A DNA stretch of 60,828 bases from Thermoplasmata archaeon (GCA_041483635.1 JBGPGA010000001.1:1-60828), one strand, 5' to 3'; shown: positions 1 to 9,128, counted from the stretch's first letter. The notes: generated from the sequence alone by a model not told the origin. Numbers and translations: made by a program.

Positions 1-593
1 CGCAGCCGTCCGACCAGGAGACGAAGCGGTACCTGCGCGAGCACGGGCGGGAAGGCGACTGGAAGGAGATCCACGCCGACGCGGACGCAGCGTACGAGGC
101 GGTCCACCCGTACGACGCGAGCGCCCTGGAACCCATGGTGGCCCGGCCGCCCCAGGAGGACAACGTCGTCCCCGTCACGGACCCGAGCGTGAAGGGGCTC
201 AAGATCCACCAGGTGTACCTCGGCTCGTGCACGAACGCGCGCTACGAGGACATCCAGGTCTTCTGCGAGTACATGAAGGGCGAGAAGGTCGCGAAGGGGA
301 CCCGCCTCATCGTGGTCCCTGCATCGAAGGAAGCGTACACGCGGTCGATGAAGGAGGGGCTCTTCGAGATCCTCCTCGATGCGGGCGCGACGATCAACTC
401 CCCCGGATGCGGTGCCTGCCCCGGCGTGCATCTCGGCATCCCGGGAGACGGGGAGAACGTCCTGTCGACGACGAACCGGAACTACGTCGGGCGGATGGGG
501 AACCCGGCCGCCTTCACGTACCTGGCCTCGCCTGCGACCGCGGCGGCGACCGCGATATACGGGGTCATCTCGGATCCGCGGGAGGTGAAGTGA
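1..593 (+). CDS. aconitase-superfamily dehydratase large subunit (LeuC/HacA type), C-terminal part; the 5' end lies outside the window
   Basis: The frame is open from the window edge. Motifs GSCTNARYEDI, SPGCGACPG, STTNRNYVGRMG and YLASPATAAATAIYG match the Fe-S/active-site C-terminal region of LeuC/HacA-type large subunits. The stop TGA at 591-593 overlaps the ATG of the next gene (TGATG). Confidence 0.85.
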   Translation, partial: QPSDQETKRYLREHGREGDWKEIHADADAAYEAVHPYDASALEPMVARPPQEDNVVPVTDPSVKGLKIHQVYLGSCTNARYEDIQVFCEYMKGEKVAKGTRLIVVPASKEAYTRSMKEGLFEILLDAGATINSPGCGACPGVHLGIPGDGENVLSTTNRNYVGRMGNPAAFTYLASPATAAATAIYGVISDPREVK

Positions 594-1090
594 TGGGACA
601 TGCCTGGAAGTTCGGGGACAACATCTCCACGGATCTGATTGCCGCGGGTCGGTACTACCATCTTCGGTCGAACCTGCCCGAGCTCGCGAAGCACGTCCTC
701 GAGGACGCCCGACCCGAGTTCGCGTCCAGCGTGAAGCCAGGCGATTTCGTCGTCGGCGGGCGCAACTTCGGCAAGGGATCGTCCCGGGAGCATGCGCCCG
801 TGATCATCAAGCTCGCAGGAGTGCGCGCCGTCCTCGCGAAATCGTTCGCCCGGATCTTCTACCGCAACTGCATCAACATCGGCCTGCCCGCAATCGTGGT
901 CGACACGGACCGGATCGCGGAAGGCGATGACCTGGATGTGGATCTGGAGAAGGGGATCGTCCACGACCGGACGAAGGGAATCGACCTCACGTTTCCGCCC
1001 CTGCCCGCGGTCATGGCACGAATCCTGGAGGAAGGAGGCCTCGTGGAGTACATCAAGCACCACGGGGACCTCGTCATCGCGGGGACGTGA
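593..1090 (+). CDS. aconitase-superfamily dehydratase small subunit (LeuD/HacB type)
   Basis: ATG at 593 is translationally coupled to the large subunit. Motifs KFGDNISTDLIAAGRYYHLRS, NFGKGSSREHAP and AKSFARIFYRNCINIGLP are typical of the swivel-domain small subunit. Confidence 0.85.
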   Translation: MGHAWKFGDNISTDLIAAGRYYHLRSNLPELAKHVLEDARPEFASSVKPGDFVVGGRNFGKGSSREHAPVIIKLAGVRAVLAKSFARIFYRNCINIGLPAIVVDTDRIAEGDDLDVDLEKGIVHDRTKGIDLTFPPLPAVMARILEEGGLVEYIKHHGDLVIAGT

Positions 1091-1129
1091 GGCCGGTGGT
1101 TCCCGCCACGCGTTGGGGAGGCGTGTAAG

Positions 1130-2296
1130 GTGAACATGACCGAGAAGCCGACCGTCGAGGCGAAGCCGAAGATCGATAAGGGCCTCGACGACGTGTACGT
1201 CAAGGAATCGTCCATCTGCCTGGTCGACGGCCAGAAAGGCCGCCTCCTGTACCGCGGCTGGGACATCCGGGACCTCGCGGATCACTCGAGCTTCGAGGAG
1301 ACCGTCTACATCCTGAATCATGGGAAGCTGCCGAACGTGCGAGAGCTCGCCGAGGCGAGACAGTGGATCGGCGAGGCGCGGATCATCGACCCCGAGATGA
1401 TCAAGCTCTTGCGCAGCATGCCCAAGGACGCGCCGCCGATCGACGTGCTGCGGACCGCGGTCTCCTACCTCAGCAACTTCGACAAGGAGCGAGACGACCC
1501 CACGCGGGCCGCGAACATGCGGAAGGCCCAGCGCCTCATCGGCAAGCTGCCGACCCTCGTGGCCGCGGCCCAGCGGCTCCGCGAAGGGAAGCGGGTCGTC
1601 CCCCCGGACCCGAGCCTGGGCCACGCGGAGGACTTCCTCCGCATGCTCACCGGGAAGAAACCGGACCCTCTCTCGACGAAGGTGATGGACGTCGCGCTGA
1701 TCCTGCATGCGGACCACAGCATGAACGCATCCGCGTTCGCGGCCACGGTCGCGGCGTCGACCCTCGCGGACCTCTACAGTGCGATCGTCGCGGCGATCGC
1801 CACCCTGAAAGGACCGCTCCACGGCGGCGCGAACGAAGCCGCGCTCAAGACGATGCTCGCGATCGGGAAGCCGGAGAACGCGGAGTCCTATGTCCTGAAC
1901 ACGCTCCGCAACCATGGCAAAGTCTTCGGGTTCGGGCACCGCGTGTACAAGACCTGGGACCCGAGGGCCCTCATCCTCCGGGAGTACGCGCGGCAGCTGA
2001 GCGAGCTCCGCGGGAACCAGGACCTCTTCCAGATTGCGGAAATCGTCCAGGACACGGTCGTCCGGGAGCTCGGCGCGAAGCACATCTACCCGAACGTGGA
2101 CTTCTACTCCGGGCTGACGTACCACCTGCTCGGCATCCCGACGGACCTCTTCACCCCGACCTTCGCCGTCTCGAGGATCGCAGGGTGGACCGCGCACGTG
2201 AACGAGTACTGGGAGGACAATCGCCTCGTGCGCCCGCTCGACTACTACATCGGACCGACGGACAACGTGTACGTGCACATCGACCAGCGCGCGTGA
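1130..2296 (+). CDS. gltA: citrate synthase
   Basis: 388 aa with LLYRGWDIRDL, LKGPLHGGANE and GFGHRVYKTWDPRA, the citrate synthase catalytic His regions. GTG at 1130 or ATG at 1136 could be the start. Confidence 0.9.
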   Translation: MNMTEKPTVEAKPKIDKGLDDVYVKESSICLVDGQKGRLLYRGWDIRDLADHSSFEETVYILNHGKLPNVRELAEARQWIGEARIIDPEMIKLLRSMPKDAPPIDVLRTAVSYLSNFDKERDDPTRAANMRKAQRLIGKLPTLVAAAQRLREGKRVVPPDPSLGHAEDFLRMLTGKKPDPLSTKVMDVALILHADHSMNASAFAATVAASTLADLYSAIVAAIATLKGPLHGGANEAALKTMLAIGKPENAESYVLNTLRNHGKVFGFGHRVYKTWDPRALILREYARQLSELRGNQDLFQIAEIVQDTVVRELGAKHIYPNVDFYSGLTYHLLGIPTDLFTPTFAVSRIAGWTAHVNEYWEDNRLVRPLDYYIGPTDNVYVHIDQRA

Positions 2297-2357
2297 TGCG
2301 GATGGGTACACACGGTAGCATTAAGGAACGAACCCACGTTGCGGAGTTGGCGATCCC

Positions 2358-3614
2358 GTGCCGACGGAACCCCTCAAGCTGACGCCCCCGTCGCAGGGGC
2401 ACAAGATCCTGATCACGGAGAACGGCCTGCGGGTCCCGGATGACCCCGTCATCCCGCTCATCGAGGGAGACGGGATTGGCCCGGATGTGACGCGGGCCGC
2501 GCGGACCGTGATCGATGCCGCGGTCGAGACGACGTACCACGGCCGGCGGCGCATCACCTGGTACTCGGTCCCCGCGGGCGAGACGGCGATGTTCCGGTAT
2601 GGGGACATGCTCCCCGCGGCCACGCTCGGGGCGATCAAGGAGTACGTCGTCGCCCTCAAGGGCCCGCTCACGACGCCCGTGGGGGGCGGCTTCCGATCGC
2701 TCAACGTGACGCTCCGCCAGATCCTGGACCTCTACGCCAACGTCCGCCCGATCTACTGGATGCCCGGCGTGCCCAGCCCCGTGACCCACCCCGAGCGGCT
2801 CGACATCGTGATCTTCCGCGAGGCCGAGGAGGATGTCTACGCCGGAATCGAGTGGGCGAAGGGTTCCCCGGAGGCAATGCGGATGATCGAGATCCTGCGG
2901 GAGCAGTTCAACGTCCGCGTGCCGGACGACAGCGGCATCGGCGTGAAGCCGATCAGCGAGCGCGAGTCGAAGCGGCTCATCCGCAAGGCGATCCGGTACG
3001 CGATCGAGAACCACAAGAGATCCGTGACCCTCGTCCACAAGGGGAACATCATGAAGTACACGGAGGGAGCGTTCCGCGAGTGGGGCTACGAGCTCGCCCG
3101 GATGGAGTTCCCCAACGAGACCGTCTCCTGGCAGGAGGTCCAAGACAAACACGACGGCAAGGTCCCCGAGGGGAAGGTCCTCATCAAGGACGTGATTGCG
3201 GACAACATGTTCCAGCAGCTCCTCCTCCGCCCGGACGAATACGACGTCCTCGCGACGACGAACCTGAACGGGGACTACCTCAGCGACGCGGCCGCCGCCC
3301 AGGTCGGCGGGCTCGGCGTGGCCCCGGGCGCGAACATCGGGGACGCCCACGCCCTCTTCGAGCCCATCCACGGGAGCGCGCCCAAGTACGCGGGCATGGA
3401 CAAGGTTAATCCGACCGCGGAAATCCTCGCGGGCGTGATGATGCTCGAGTACCTCGGATGGACGGAGGCCGCGGCCCGCCTGCGCGAGGCCGTGAAGGCC
3501 ACGATCAGCACCAAGGTCGTCACGTACGACCTCGCGCGGCAGATGCCGCAATCGAAGGAGGTCAGCACGACCGCCTTTGCGGAGGCCATCGCGGACCGTC
3601 TGCAGAGGGCGTGA
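2358..3614 (+). CDS. icd: NADP-type isocitrate dehydrogenase
   Basis: 418 aa with IEGDGIGPDV, FRSLNVTLRQILDLYANVRP, NLNGDYLSDAAAAQVGGLG and EPIHGSAPKYAG, matching the prokaryotic Icd family. GTG start. Confidence 0.9.
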   Translation: MPTEPLKLTPPSQGHKILITENGLRVPDDPVIPLIEGDGIGPDVTRAARTVIDAAVETTYHGRRRITWYSVPAGETAMFRYGDMLPAATLGAIKEYVVALKGPLTTPVGGGFRSLNVTLRQILDLYANVRPIYWMPGVPSPVTHPERLDIVIFREAEEDVYAGIEWAKGSPEAMRMIEILREQFNVRVPDDSGIGVKPISERESKRLIRKAIRYAIENHKRSVTLVHKGNIMKYTEGAFREWGYELARMEFPNETVSWQEVQDKHDGKVPEGKVLIKDVIADNMFQQLLLRPDEYDVLATTNLNGDYLSDAAAAQVGGLGVAPGANIGDAHALFEPIHGSAPKYAGMDKVNPTAEILAGVMMLEYLGWTEAAARLREAVKATISTKVVTYDLARQMPQSKEVSTTAFAEAIADRLQRA

Positions 3615-3615
3615 G

Positions 3616-4080
3616 GTGGTCCGCTCGCCGGATGCGCACGCGCCCCGCTCACCCCTGGAGGGGAACCTCTGTTCGGAGCTGGGACGGCAGAGCGTCCCGC
3701 ACGAGCATCGGTCCCTCCACTTCCGCGTCCATCTCCCCGACGGCCAGGTCGCCGAGTTCACCCCGGACCTCGTCATTCGTCGCGGGGTCGTCCTGTTCCT
3801 CCTCGAGCCCCTCACGGGGGGGGCCACGGATCGCGCCCGCCTGGAGCTCCTCGAGAGGTTTCTCGACACGCACTCCCCGGAGATCGTCCTCGTCATCGTG
3901 ACCGCGAGCCCGGACATCGCGATCCTCCCCCCCGCATCGTACGACGAGGCGTACCCCTCGACGGCGATCGTGGCGGTCGTCCGCCGGATCCGGGAACAGG
4001 ATCCGAAGGGGCTCATCCTCCCGTTCAAGAAACCCGCGTCGACCCGATCGAGCAAACGCGACCTCGGGCGGGAGAGCTAG
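3616..4080 (+). CDS. hypothetical protein (about 154 aa)
   Basis: The frame has consistently G/C-rich third positions, unlike the Arg-rich antisense ORF 3649..4929. GTG at 3616 directly follows the icd stop. The segment FTPDLVIRRGVVLFLLEPL is vaguely nuclease-fold-like, but I recognise no family. Confidence 0.45.
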   Translation: MVRSPDAHAPRSPLEGNLCSELGRQSVPHEHRSLHFRVHLPDGQVAEFTPDLVIRRGVVLFLLEPLTGGATDRARLELLERFLDTHSPEIVLVIVTASPDIAILPPASYDEAYPSTAIVAVVRRIREQDPKGLILPFKKPASTRSSKRDLGRES

Positions 4081-4169
4081 GAAGCCCGAAGGCTCGCGGA
4101 GGCCTGGTCCGCGCGAGAGCGGGATCCGGGGCGACGCGGACTTATACGGCCGGAGACCATCGCAGCCCG

Positions 4170-4958
4170 GTGCCCGACGAACACTGGACCGGGGAGCTCT
4201 TCGTGGGTCATGATGACATCTTCCTCCGCATCCATGAGCACGGGTGGCAGGCCGGTGAGGAACAGGCCCGCGACCTGAAGGCGATCTTCGATCGGTTCGG
4301 CGTGCCCCCGGGCGCGAGCGTCCTGGACGTTCCCTGCGGAATCGGCCGTCACTCCACCCGCCTCGCCAAGATGGGATACCGGACCGTCGGGCTCGACCTC
4401 TCGGCCAGGTACGTCCAGCGGGCACAGGAGCTCGCCGAACGGGAGGGCGTCGCCGGGCGCGCGACGTACCGCGTCGGCAACATGCGAGAGCTCGCCCGAT
4501 CCGTCCCCGAGGGACTGCGACCCTTCGACGTCGCGATGAACCTCTGGACCTCCCTGGGCTACTATGGCGAGGACGTGGACGCCACGATCCTCCGGGGCTA
4601 CGCCGACCTTGTCCGCCCCGGGGGGATTCTCGTCCTCTACGTCGTGAACCGGGACTGGATCGTGCGTCACTTCGACCCACAGGGATGGGAGGAGTTCGGG
4701 GACCTCGTGCACATCGAGGACCGCCATCTCGATCTCGACGCGTCATGGATGCGGAACCGGTGGCGGTTCTTCCGGCGAAGCGGACAGGATCTGGAGGGGA
4801 TTGCCACGATGGCGGTCGAGCACCGCGTCTACAGTCTCCACGAGCTCCGCTCCCTGTTCGAGCGGAGCGGCTGGCGGATCGAGGGCACGTTCGGCGGATA
4901 CAAGATGGACGAGCCGGGCATCGACGCACCGAGCCTCGTCGTCATCGGGAGAAGATGA
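4170..4958 (+). CDS. class I SAM-dependent methyltransferase
   Basis: Motif I is VLDVPCGIGRHSTRLAKMGYRTVGLDLS. The post-I/II region is FDVAMNLWTSLGYY. GTG start. Confidence 0.8.
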   Translation: MPDEHWTGELFVGHDDIFLRIHEHGWQAGEEQARDLKAIFDRFGVPPGASVLDVPCGIGRHSTRLAKMGYRTVGLDLSARYVQRAQELAEREGVAGRATYRVGNMRELARSVPEGLRPFDVAMNLWTSLGYYGEDVDATILRGYADLVRPGGILVLYVVNRDWIVRHFDPQGWEEFGDLVHIEDRHLDLDASWMRNRWRFFRRSGQDLEGIATMAVEHRVYSLHELRSLFERSGWRIEGTFGGYKMDEPGIDAPSLVVIGRR

Positions 4959-5687
4959 ATGCCTCCGGCGCACCGGCCTCCGGTCCAGGAGACCGAGGAG
5001 CTCGCGGCGTTCCTGACGGCGGAACGGGTGTCCCGGAGCGCGCGGATCCTCGATGCACCCTGTGGGATCGGGCACCGCGCGTTCGAGCTCGCAGAGCACG
5101 GCTTCCAGGTGACCGCGGTCGACTCGAACGAGGTCGCGATCGAGGCGCTGCGGCGACGCGTGCCGGAGGAGATGGCGGGGCGCCTCACCTATCGCGTGGC
5201 ATCCCGGGAGACGATGCCCGGACCGCCCGTCGCCGAGCCCTTCGACGCGATCCTGTGCTTGGACCACGCCCTGGGTCGCGGGACGCCCGAGGACGATCGG
5301 GACCTCCTCGCGCGCCTGCGCGGCCACCTTGCTTCGGGCGGGGTCCTGCTCGTCGACTTCCTCCATCGGGACTTCTTTGCGGCGCGGCCCAGGCCGTTCG
5401 CATACCATGTCGTCGGCGACCTCGAGCAGCATGAGTTCCGCACGTTCGATCCGGCGTCCGGCATCCTGGAACAGCGGTGGAGGTTCTACCAGCGAGCCGG
5501 GACGGACCTGCGGTTCCGCGGCGATTCGAACGCGACGCTGAAGCTCCTGACCCCGCACGAGGCGCGTGGGCTCCTCGAGAGGGCGGGCTGGAAGGTCGAG
5601 GCCACGTACGGAGGCTGGGGCAAGGATCCCGTGTCGACAGACCGACGCAAATTCATCCTCGTCGCGCGGCCGTCCGCGCGGGGTTAA
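4959..5687 (+). CDS. class I SAM-dependent methyltransferase, paralog of the preceding gene
   Basis: Motif I is ILDAPCGIGHRAFELAEHGFQVTAVDSN. It has the same architecture and C-terminal G(W)xxE(G/A)T(F/Y)GG(Y/W) motif as 4170..4958. The ATG immediately follows the upstream stop. Confidence 0.8.
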   Translation: MPPAHRPPVQETEELAAFLTAERVSRSARILDAPCGIGHRAFELAEHGFQVTAVDSNEVAIEALRRRVPEEMAGRLTYRVASRETMPGPPVAEPFDAILCLDHALGRGTPEDDRDLLARLRGHLASGGVLLVDFLHRDFFAARPRPFAYHVVGDLEQHEFRTFDPASGILEQRWRFYQRAGTDLRFRGDSNATLKLLTPHEARGLLERAGWKVEATYGGWGKDPVSTDRRKFILVARPSARG

Positions 5688-5697
5688 ATAGAGTCAC
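5684..5697 (+). promoter_or_regulatory. TATA-like box GGTTAAATAGAGTC upstream of the membrane oxidoreductase gene
   Basis: An AT-rich box sits about 75 nt before ATG 5766. A GAAGGAG Shine-Dalgarno-like element lies about 8 nt before the ATG. Confidence 0.4.
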
Positions 5698-5765
5698 GGC
5701 CTTCGTCACGCGGGCTTCTGCGGAGGCCCCCGGAGGAGTCGGGGAATCCGACGAAGGAGTTCTGA

Positions 5766-7862
5766 ATGCCGCTCCCAGCCTGCGACCCCACCGGGACGAT
5801 CCCATGCCGGACGAACTTCAATTTCCTTCCGGACTGGACCTTGCTCGCGATCTATGCGGTCACCGGCGTCGCGCTCCTGGTCGCCGCCTACGGCCTCTGG
5901 GACCGCTGGCGAATCTGGAAGCAGGGACCCGCCGGCTCCACGGGCGCTTCCTTGTGGCTCCACCTTCAGAGGCTTCTCGTCATCGGCGTGTTCCAGAAGA
6001 AGGTCGCCCGGCGCCGGTACGCGGGCGTGATGCACATCCTGCTGTACACGGGGTTCATCGCCCTCGCGATCGGCACGACGATCGTCGCGGTCAACACGGA
6101 CGTGACGTCCCACGTGAACTGGGACATCCTCCGCGGCAACCCGTACCTGATCTTCAAGGCCGCCCTCGACTTCATGGGCCTCGCCTTCCTCGTGGGCCTG
6201 GGGATGGTCTTCTTCCGACGTCTCGCGCAGCGGCCGAAGTACCTCCGGAACGAGCGGCCGGATCTGTTCCTCCCCGGCGTCTTGTTCCTCCTCATCCTCC
6301 AGGGATACCTCCTCGAGGCGATCCGCCTGGCCGTCCTCCAGCCGCCGTGGCAGGAATGGTCCTTCTTCGGGTACGGCCTGTCCCTCCTCCTCCGCGCTGT
6401 GGGCGTGAACGCGAGCCTCGCAACGATGACCGTCACGGCCACGAGCGTCACGATCACGCCGTTGCCAGTCCTCGCCTGGACCTACGGCGTTCTGTGGTGG
6501 TTCCACGCCGGGACGTGGTCGTTCGTCCTCGCGACCCTTCCCTGGACGAAAGCGAGCCACTTCCTCTTCAGTCCCGCGCGCACGTTCTACGAGACGGCCC
6601 AGCCGTACGGCCGCCTGCCGAAGGACTTCGACATTGACGTGATGATGCAGGAGGGTGCGCCCCAGCCCATGCTCGGGGCCGCGTCGACGAAAGCGTTCTC
6701 CTGGTTCGACCGGCTCCAGCTCGACGCGTGCACGATCTGCGGGCGGTGCACGGCCGTCTGCCCCGCTTGGAGCACGGGGAAGCCCCTCGACCCCATGCGC
6801 GTCGTCCTGGACCTGAAGGACGCGATGCTGAAGGAGGCGCGGAAGAAGCCGCTCGGGGAGTCGCTCCCCGAGTACGTCGGGTACGAGGAGCTGTTCGATT
6901 GCACGACGTGCATGGCCTGCATGCAGGAGTGCCCGGTCTCGATCCGCCACGTCCCCCTCATCGTCGAGCTGCGCCGCAACTTCGTCCTCGAGATCGGCAA
7001 GATGCCGGAGGAGACCCAGGCGATGCTCCGGAACATCGAGACGAACTACAACCCCTGGGGAATCGGGTGGGACCAGCGGGGCAACTGGGCCGCGGAGGTC
7101 GGCGTCCGGACCTTGTCCGAGGCCGTCGCCGCGGGCGAGCAGGTGGACGTCCTGTACTGGGTCGGCTGCGCCGCGTCCTTCGACGATCGGAACAAGAAGG
7201 TCGCCCAGTCGTTCTCGCGCCTGCTTCGGAAGGCGGGGGTCAAGTTCGCGATCCTCGGGGCGGAGGAGAAGTGCACGGGCGATCCCGCGCGGCGTCTCGG
7301 GGACGAGTTCCGCGCGCAGATGATGATCAAGGCGAACGTGGAGACGCTGAACCGGTACGCGGTGAAGACGATCGTGACGGCGTGTCCCCACTGCTTCAAC
7401 ACCCTCAAGAACGAGTATCCGGATTTCGGCGGGAAGTACGAGGTCGTGCACCACTCCGTCTTCCTCGACGCCCTCCTCAAGGAGGGGAAGCTGACGCCGA
7501 CGAAGGAAGTCCAGGAATTCCTGACCTTCCACGACGCCTGCTACCTCGGACGGTACAACAAGGTGTACGAAGAGCCCAGGGACGTCCTGATGCGGCTTCC
7601 GGGTGTGAAGACCGTCGAGATGAAGATGTGCCGCGACAAGGGTTTCTGCTGCGGCGCAGGCGGCGCCCGGATGTGGATGGAGGAGAAGGTCGGCCAGAAG
7701 GTGAACCACCGCCGGCTGGACCACGTCGCGGAGACGGGGGCGAAGATGGTGGCCTCCGCGTGTCCCTACTGCCTGATCATGTTCGACGACGCGGCGAAGA
7801 CGAAGAACCGAGAGGATCTCGCGCGCGCGGACATCGCGGAGCTCCTGGAGCGCTCCCTGTGA
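5766..7862 (+). CDS. membrane-bound Fe-S oxidoreductase: an N-terminal multi-TM cytochrome-b-like (NarI/HdrE/DsrM-like) domain fused to a 2x[4Fe-4S] ferredoxin and two CCG (HdrD/DsrK/GlpC-like) domains
   Basis: About 5-6 predicted TM helices with conserved His (GVMHILLYTG, WWFHAGT, ASHFLF). Two ferredoxin motifs, CTICGRCTAVCP and CTTCMACMQECP. Cys-rich CCG-type motifs YWVGCAASFD, CTGDPARRLG, ACPHCFNTLK, HDACYLGRY, FCCGAGG and ACPYCLIMF. Confidence 0.8.
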   Translation: MPLPACDPTGTIPCRTNFNFLPDWTLLAIYAVTGVALLVAAYGLWDRWRIWKQGPAGSTGASLWLHLQRLLVIGVFQKKVARRRYAGVMHILLYTGFIALAIGTTIVAVNTDVTSHVNWDILRGNPYLIFKAALDFMGLAFLVGLGMVFFRRLAQRPKYLRNERPDLFLPGVLFLLILQGYLLEAIRLAVLQPPWQEWSFFGYGLSLLLRAVGVNASLATMTVTATSVTITPLPVLAWTYGVLWWFHAGTWSFVLATLPWTKASHFLFSPARTFYETAQPYGRLPKDFDIDVMMQEGAPQPMLGAASTKAFSWFDRLQLDACTICGRCTAVCPAWSTGKPLDPMRVVLDLKDAMLKEARKKPLGESLPEYVGYEELFDCTTCMACMQECPVSIRHVPLIVELRRNFVLEIGKMPEETQAMLRNIETNYNPWGIGWDQRGNWAAEVGVRTLSEAVAAGEQVDVLYWVGCAASFDDRNKKVAQSFSRLLRKAGVKFAILGAEEKCTGDPARRLGDEFRAQMMIKANVETLNRYAVKTIVTACPHCFNTLKNEYPDFGGKYEVVHHSVFLDALLKEGKLTPTKEVQEFLTFHDACYLGRYNKVYEEPRDVLMRLPGVKTVEMKMCRDKGFCCGAGGARMWMEEKVGQKVNHRRLDHVAETGAKMVASACPYCLIMFDDAAKTKNREDLARADIAELLERSL

Positions 7863-7907
7863 GACGTCACCACCGCTCCAGTCCGGCGGAGCGGCACCCG
7901 AGATTCG

Positions 7908-8195
7908 CTAGGAAAGATCGTCGATTCGCTTTGCGAGGTCGAAGTCGCGATCGGTGAGCCCGCCGGCATCGTGGGTCGTCAGGGACAGCCGCACCCGGTT
8001 CCATGAATTGTAGATGTCCGGGTGGTGGTTCGCCGCCTCCGCCAGCTTCCCCACCTCGTTGATGAAGGCGAGGGCGGCTGGAAAATCATCGAAGGTCCAT
8101 TCGCGCGTGATCGCCTTCCCCTCCCGCTTCCACCGCGGGACCTCGCGGAGGCGCGCCTCGATCTCCGGATCGGACAGGAGCTTACGCCGGACCAT
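7908..8195 (-). CDS. pterin-4-alpha-carbinolamine dehydratase family protein (COG2154)
   Basis: WTFDDFPAALAFINEVGKLAEAANHHPDIYNSWNRVRLSLTTHDAGGLTDRDFDLAKRID contains the PCD HHPD signature. I prefer ATG 8195 over the upstream in-frame ATG at 8249, because 8249 would overlap the palindromic promoter-like element. Confidence 0.85.
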   Translation of the reverse strand: MVRRKLLSDPEIEARLREVPRWKREGKAITREWTFDDFPAALAFINEVGKLAEAANHHPDIYNSWNRVRLSLTTHDAGGLTDRDFDLAKRIDDLS

Positions 8196-8246
8196 GATTA
8201 CGCCCTGCGTAGGCCATGCGCGGCCAAAAGGTTCTCGCATGGGATG

Positions 8247-8264
8247 CAACCTTAAACAAGGTTG
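8247..8264. promoter_or_regulatory. 18-bp palindrome CAACCTTAAACAAGGTTG (copy 1 of 4)
   Basis: A perfect inverted repeat CAACCTT-N4-AAGGTTG centred about 60 nt upstream of the PCD ATG at 8195, just downstream of the arrestin-like gene stop. Confidence 0.7.
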
Positions 8265-8297
8265 ACTTCCCCTCTCAGCGGTTTCGGCAGGGCGGCC

Positions 8298-9122
8298 TCA
8301 TCGGACGATGACGATGGGCGTCTGGGCGACCAGGTCAAACCCCCACGCGATGTCGAGGCCAATCTGGAGCACGTAGCTGTAATACGAGTACGTCCCGCGG
8401 TACGCCGACTGCACGTCGCCCGGAATCGGGATCTCGAACGTGAAGGGAACGCCGAGTCGAATCTGCTCCGCAGGCACGTTGACCTCCGTCCGAAACGTCG
8501 TCGTCTCCTCGTGCTGGCTCTGGGCCCGCGCGAACTCCGCGCCGAGGAGACGCGCGTACATCCGCCGGATCCGGTGGTCCCCCGTCCGGAGGAGGGTGAT
8601 GCGACAGCCGATCATCTCCCGCGCGAAGAACCGGTCCCCGTCCAGCTCCACGTAGACCTCGGGGCCGTCGCCTCCGGACCGGAACCGCGCGGACTGGGAG
8701 AAGGTCCGGACGCTCGGGCGGTCATAGAATACGAAGATCTCGCCGGTCCACACCGTGTCGAGCCACAGCGGCACGTCGAGCCGCGCCGTCAGGAGGTACT
8801 TGATGACCGCGTGGCGGCCCAGGTAGGAGGGCAGGCCCTGGAGCGGGATCTGGAACTTGAACGGGAAGCGGTACGTGCCCGGGGCGATCGTCGTCTCACC
8901 CTGAAGGGGCAGGCGCCAGGTGACGAGGGTCGCCTCGGAACGGTACGTGACGCTCTGCTTCCCGCTGCTCCGGGTGATCTGAGTCTCCTCCTTGCCCGTG
9001 AAGTCGACGTAGAGACCGCGGCTCGACGTGTCCTTCGTCGTCTCGAGGACGACGGCGCCCTCGATGATGTCGCCCATGTAGTACGCGTTCTTCGGGAGCT
9101 CCACGGAGATGAACCGCGGCAC
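8298..9122 (-). CDS. arrestin-like / Spo0M-like two-lobe beta-sandwich protein
   Basis: 274 aa. Both halves show the arrestin-N/Spo0M pattern: x-Y-x-G-D/E-x-I-x-G-x-V-x-L, followed by a conserved R-G-L/M-Y-V/A-x-F/L-x-G. The halves read ISVELPKNAYYMGDIIEGAVVLETTKDTSSRGLYVDFTGKEE and YVELDGDRFFAREMIGCRITLLRTGDHRIRRMYARLLGAE. Assigned by pattern recognition only. Confidence 0.6.
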   Translation of the reverse strand: MPRFISVELPKNAYYMGDIIEGAVVLETTKDTSSRGLYVDFTGKEETQITRSSGKQSVTYRSEATLVTWRLPLQGETTIAPGTYRFPFKFQIPLQGLPSYLGRHAVIKYLLTARLDVPLWLDTVWTGEIFVFYDRPSVRTFSQSARFRSGGDGPEVYVELDGDRFFAREMIGCRITLLRTGDHRIRRMYARLLGAEFARAQSQHEETTTFRTEVNVPAEQIRLGVPFTFEIPIPGDVQSAYRGTYSYYSYVLQIGLDIAWGFDLVAQTPIVIVR

Positions 9123-9128
9123 GGACCC

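Noticed and set aside
482-2311. 609-aa ORF on the minus strand, antisense to the dehydratase small subunit and citrate synthase
   Set aside because: The composition is Arg/Val/Asp/Pro-rich (RRR and GRG runs), typical of shadow ORFs in high-G+C DNA. The opposite strand encodes proteins with clear family motifs.
2151-4055. 634-aa minus-strand ORF antisense to icd
   Set aside because: It has the same shadow-ORF character (poly-Arg/Ser/Pro with no recognisable motifs), while icd on the plus strand is unambiguous.
3649-4929. 426-aa minus-strand ORF
   Set aside because: It is extremely Arg/Pro/Gly-rich, and the plus strand carries a methyltransferase with intact motif I.
5706-7724. 672-aa minus-strand ORF antisense to the membrane Fe-S oxidoreductase
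   Set aside because: It is a shadow ORF. The plus-strand product has TM helices, two ferredoxin motifs and CCG motifs.
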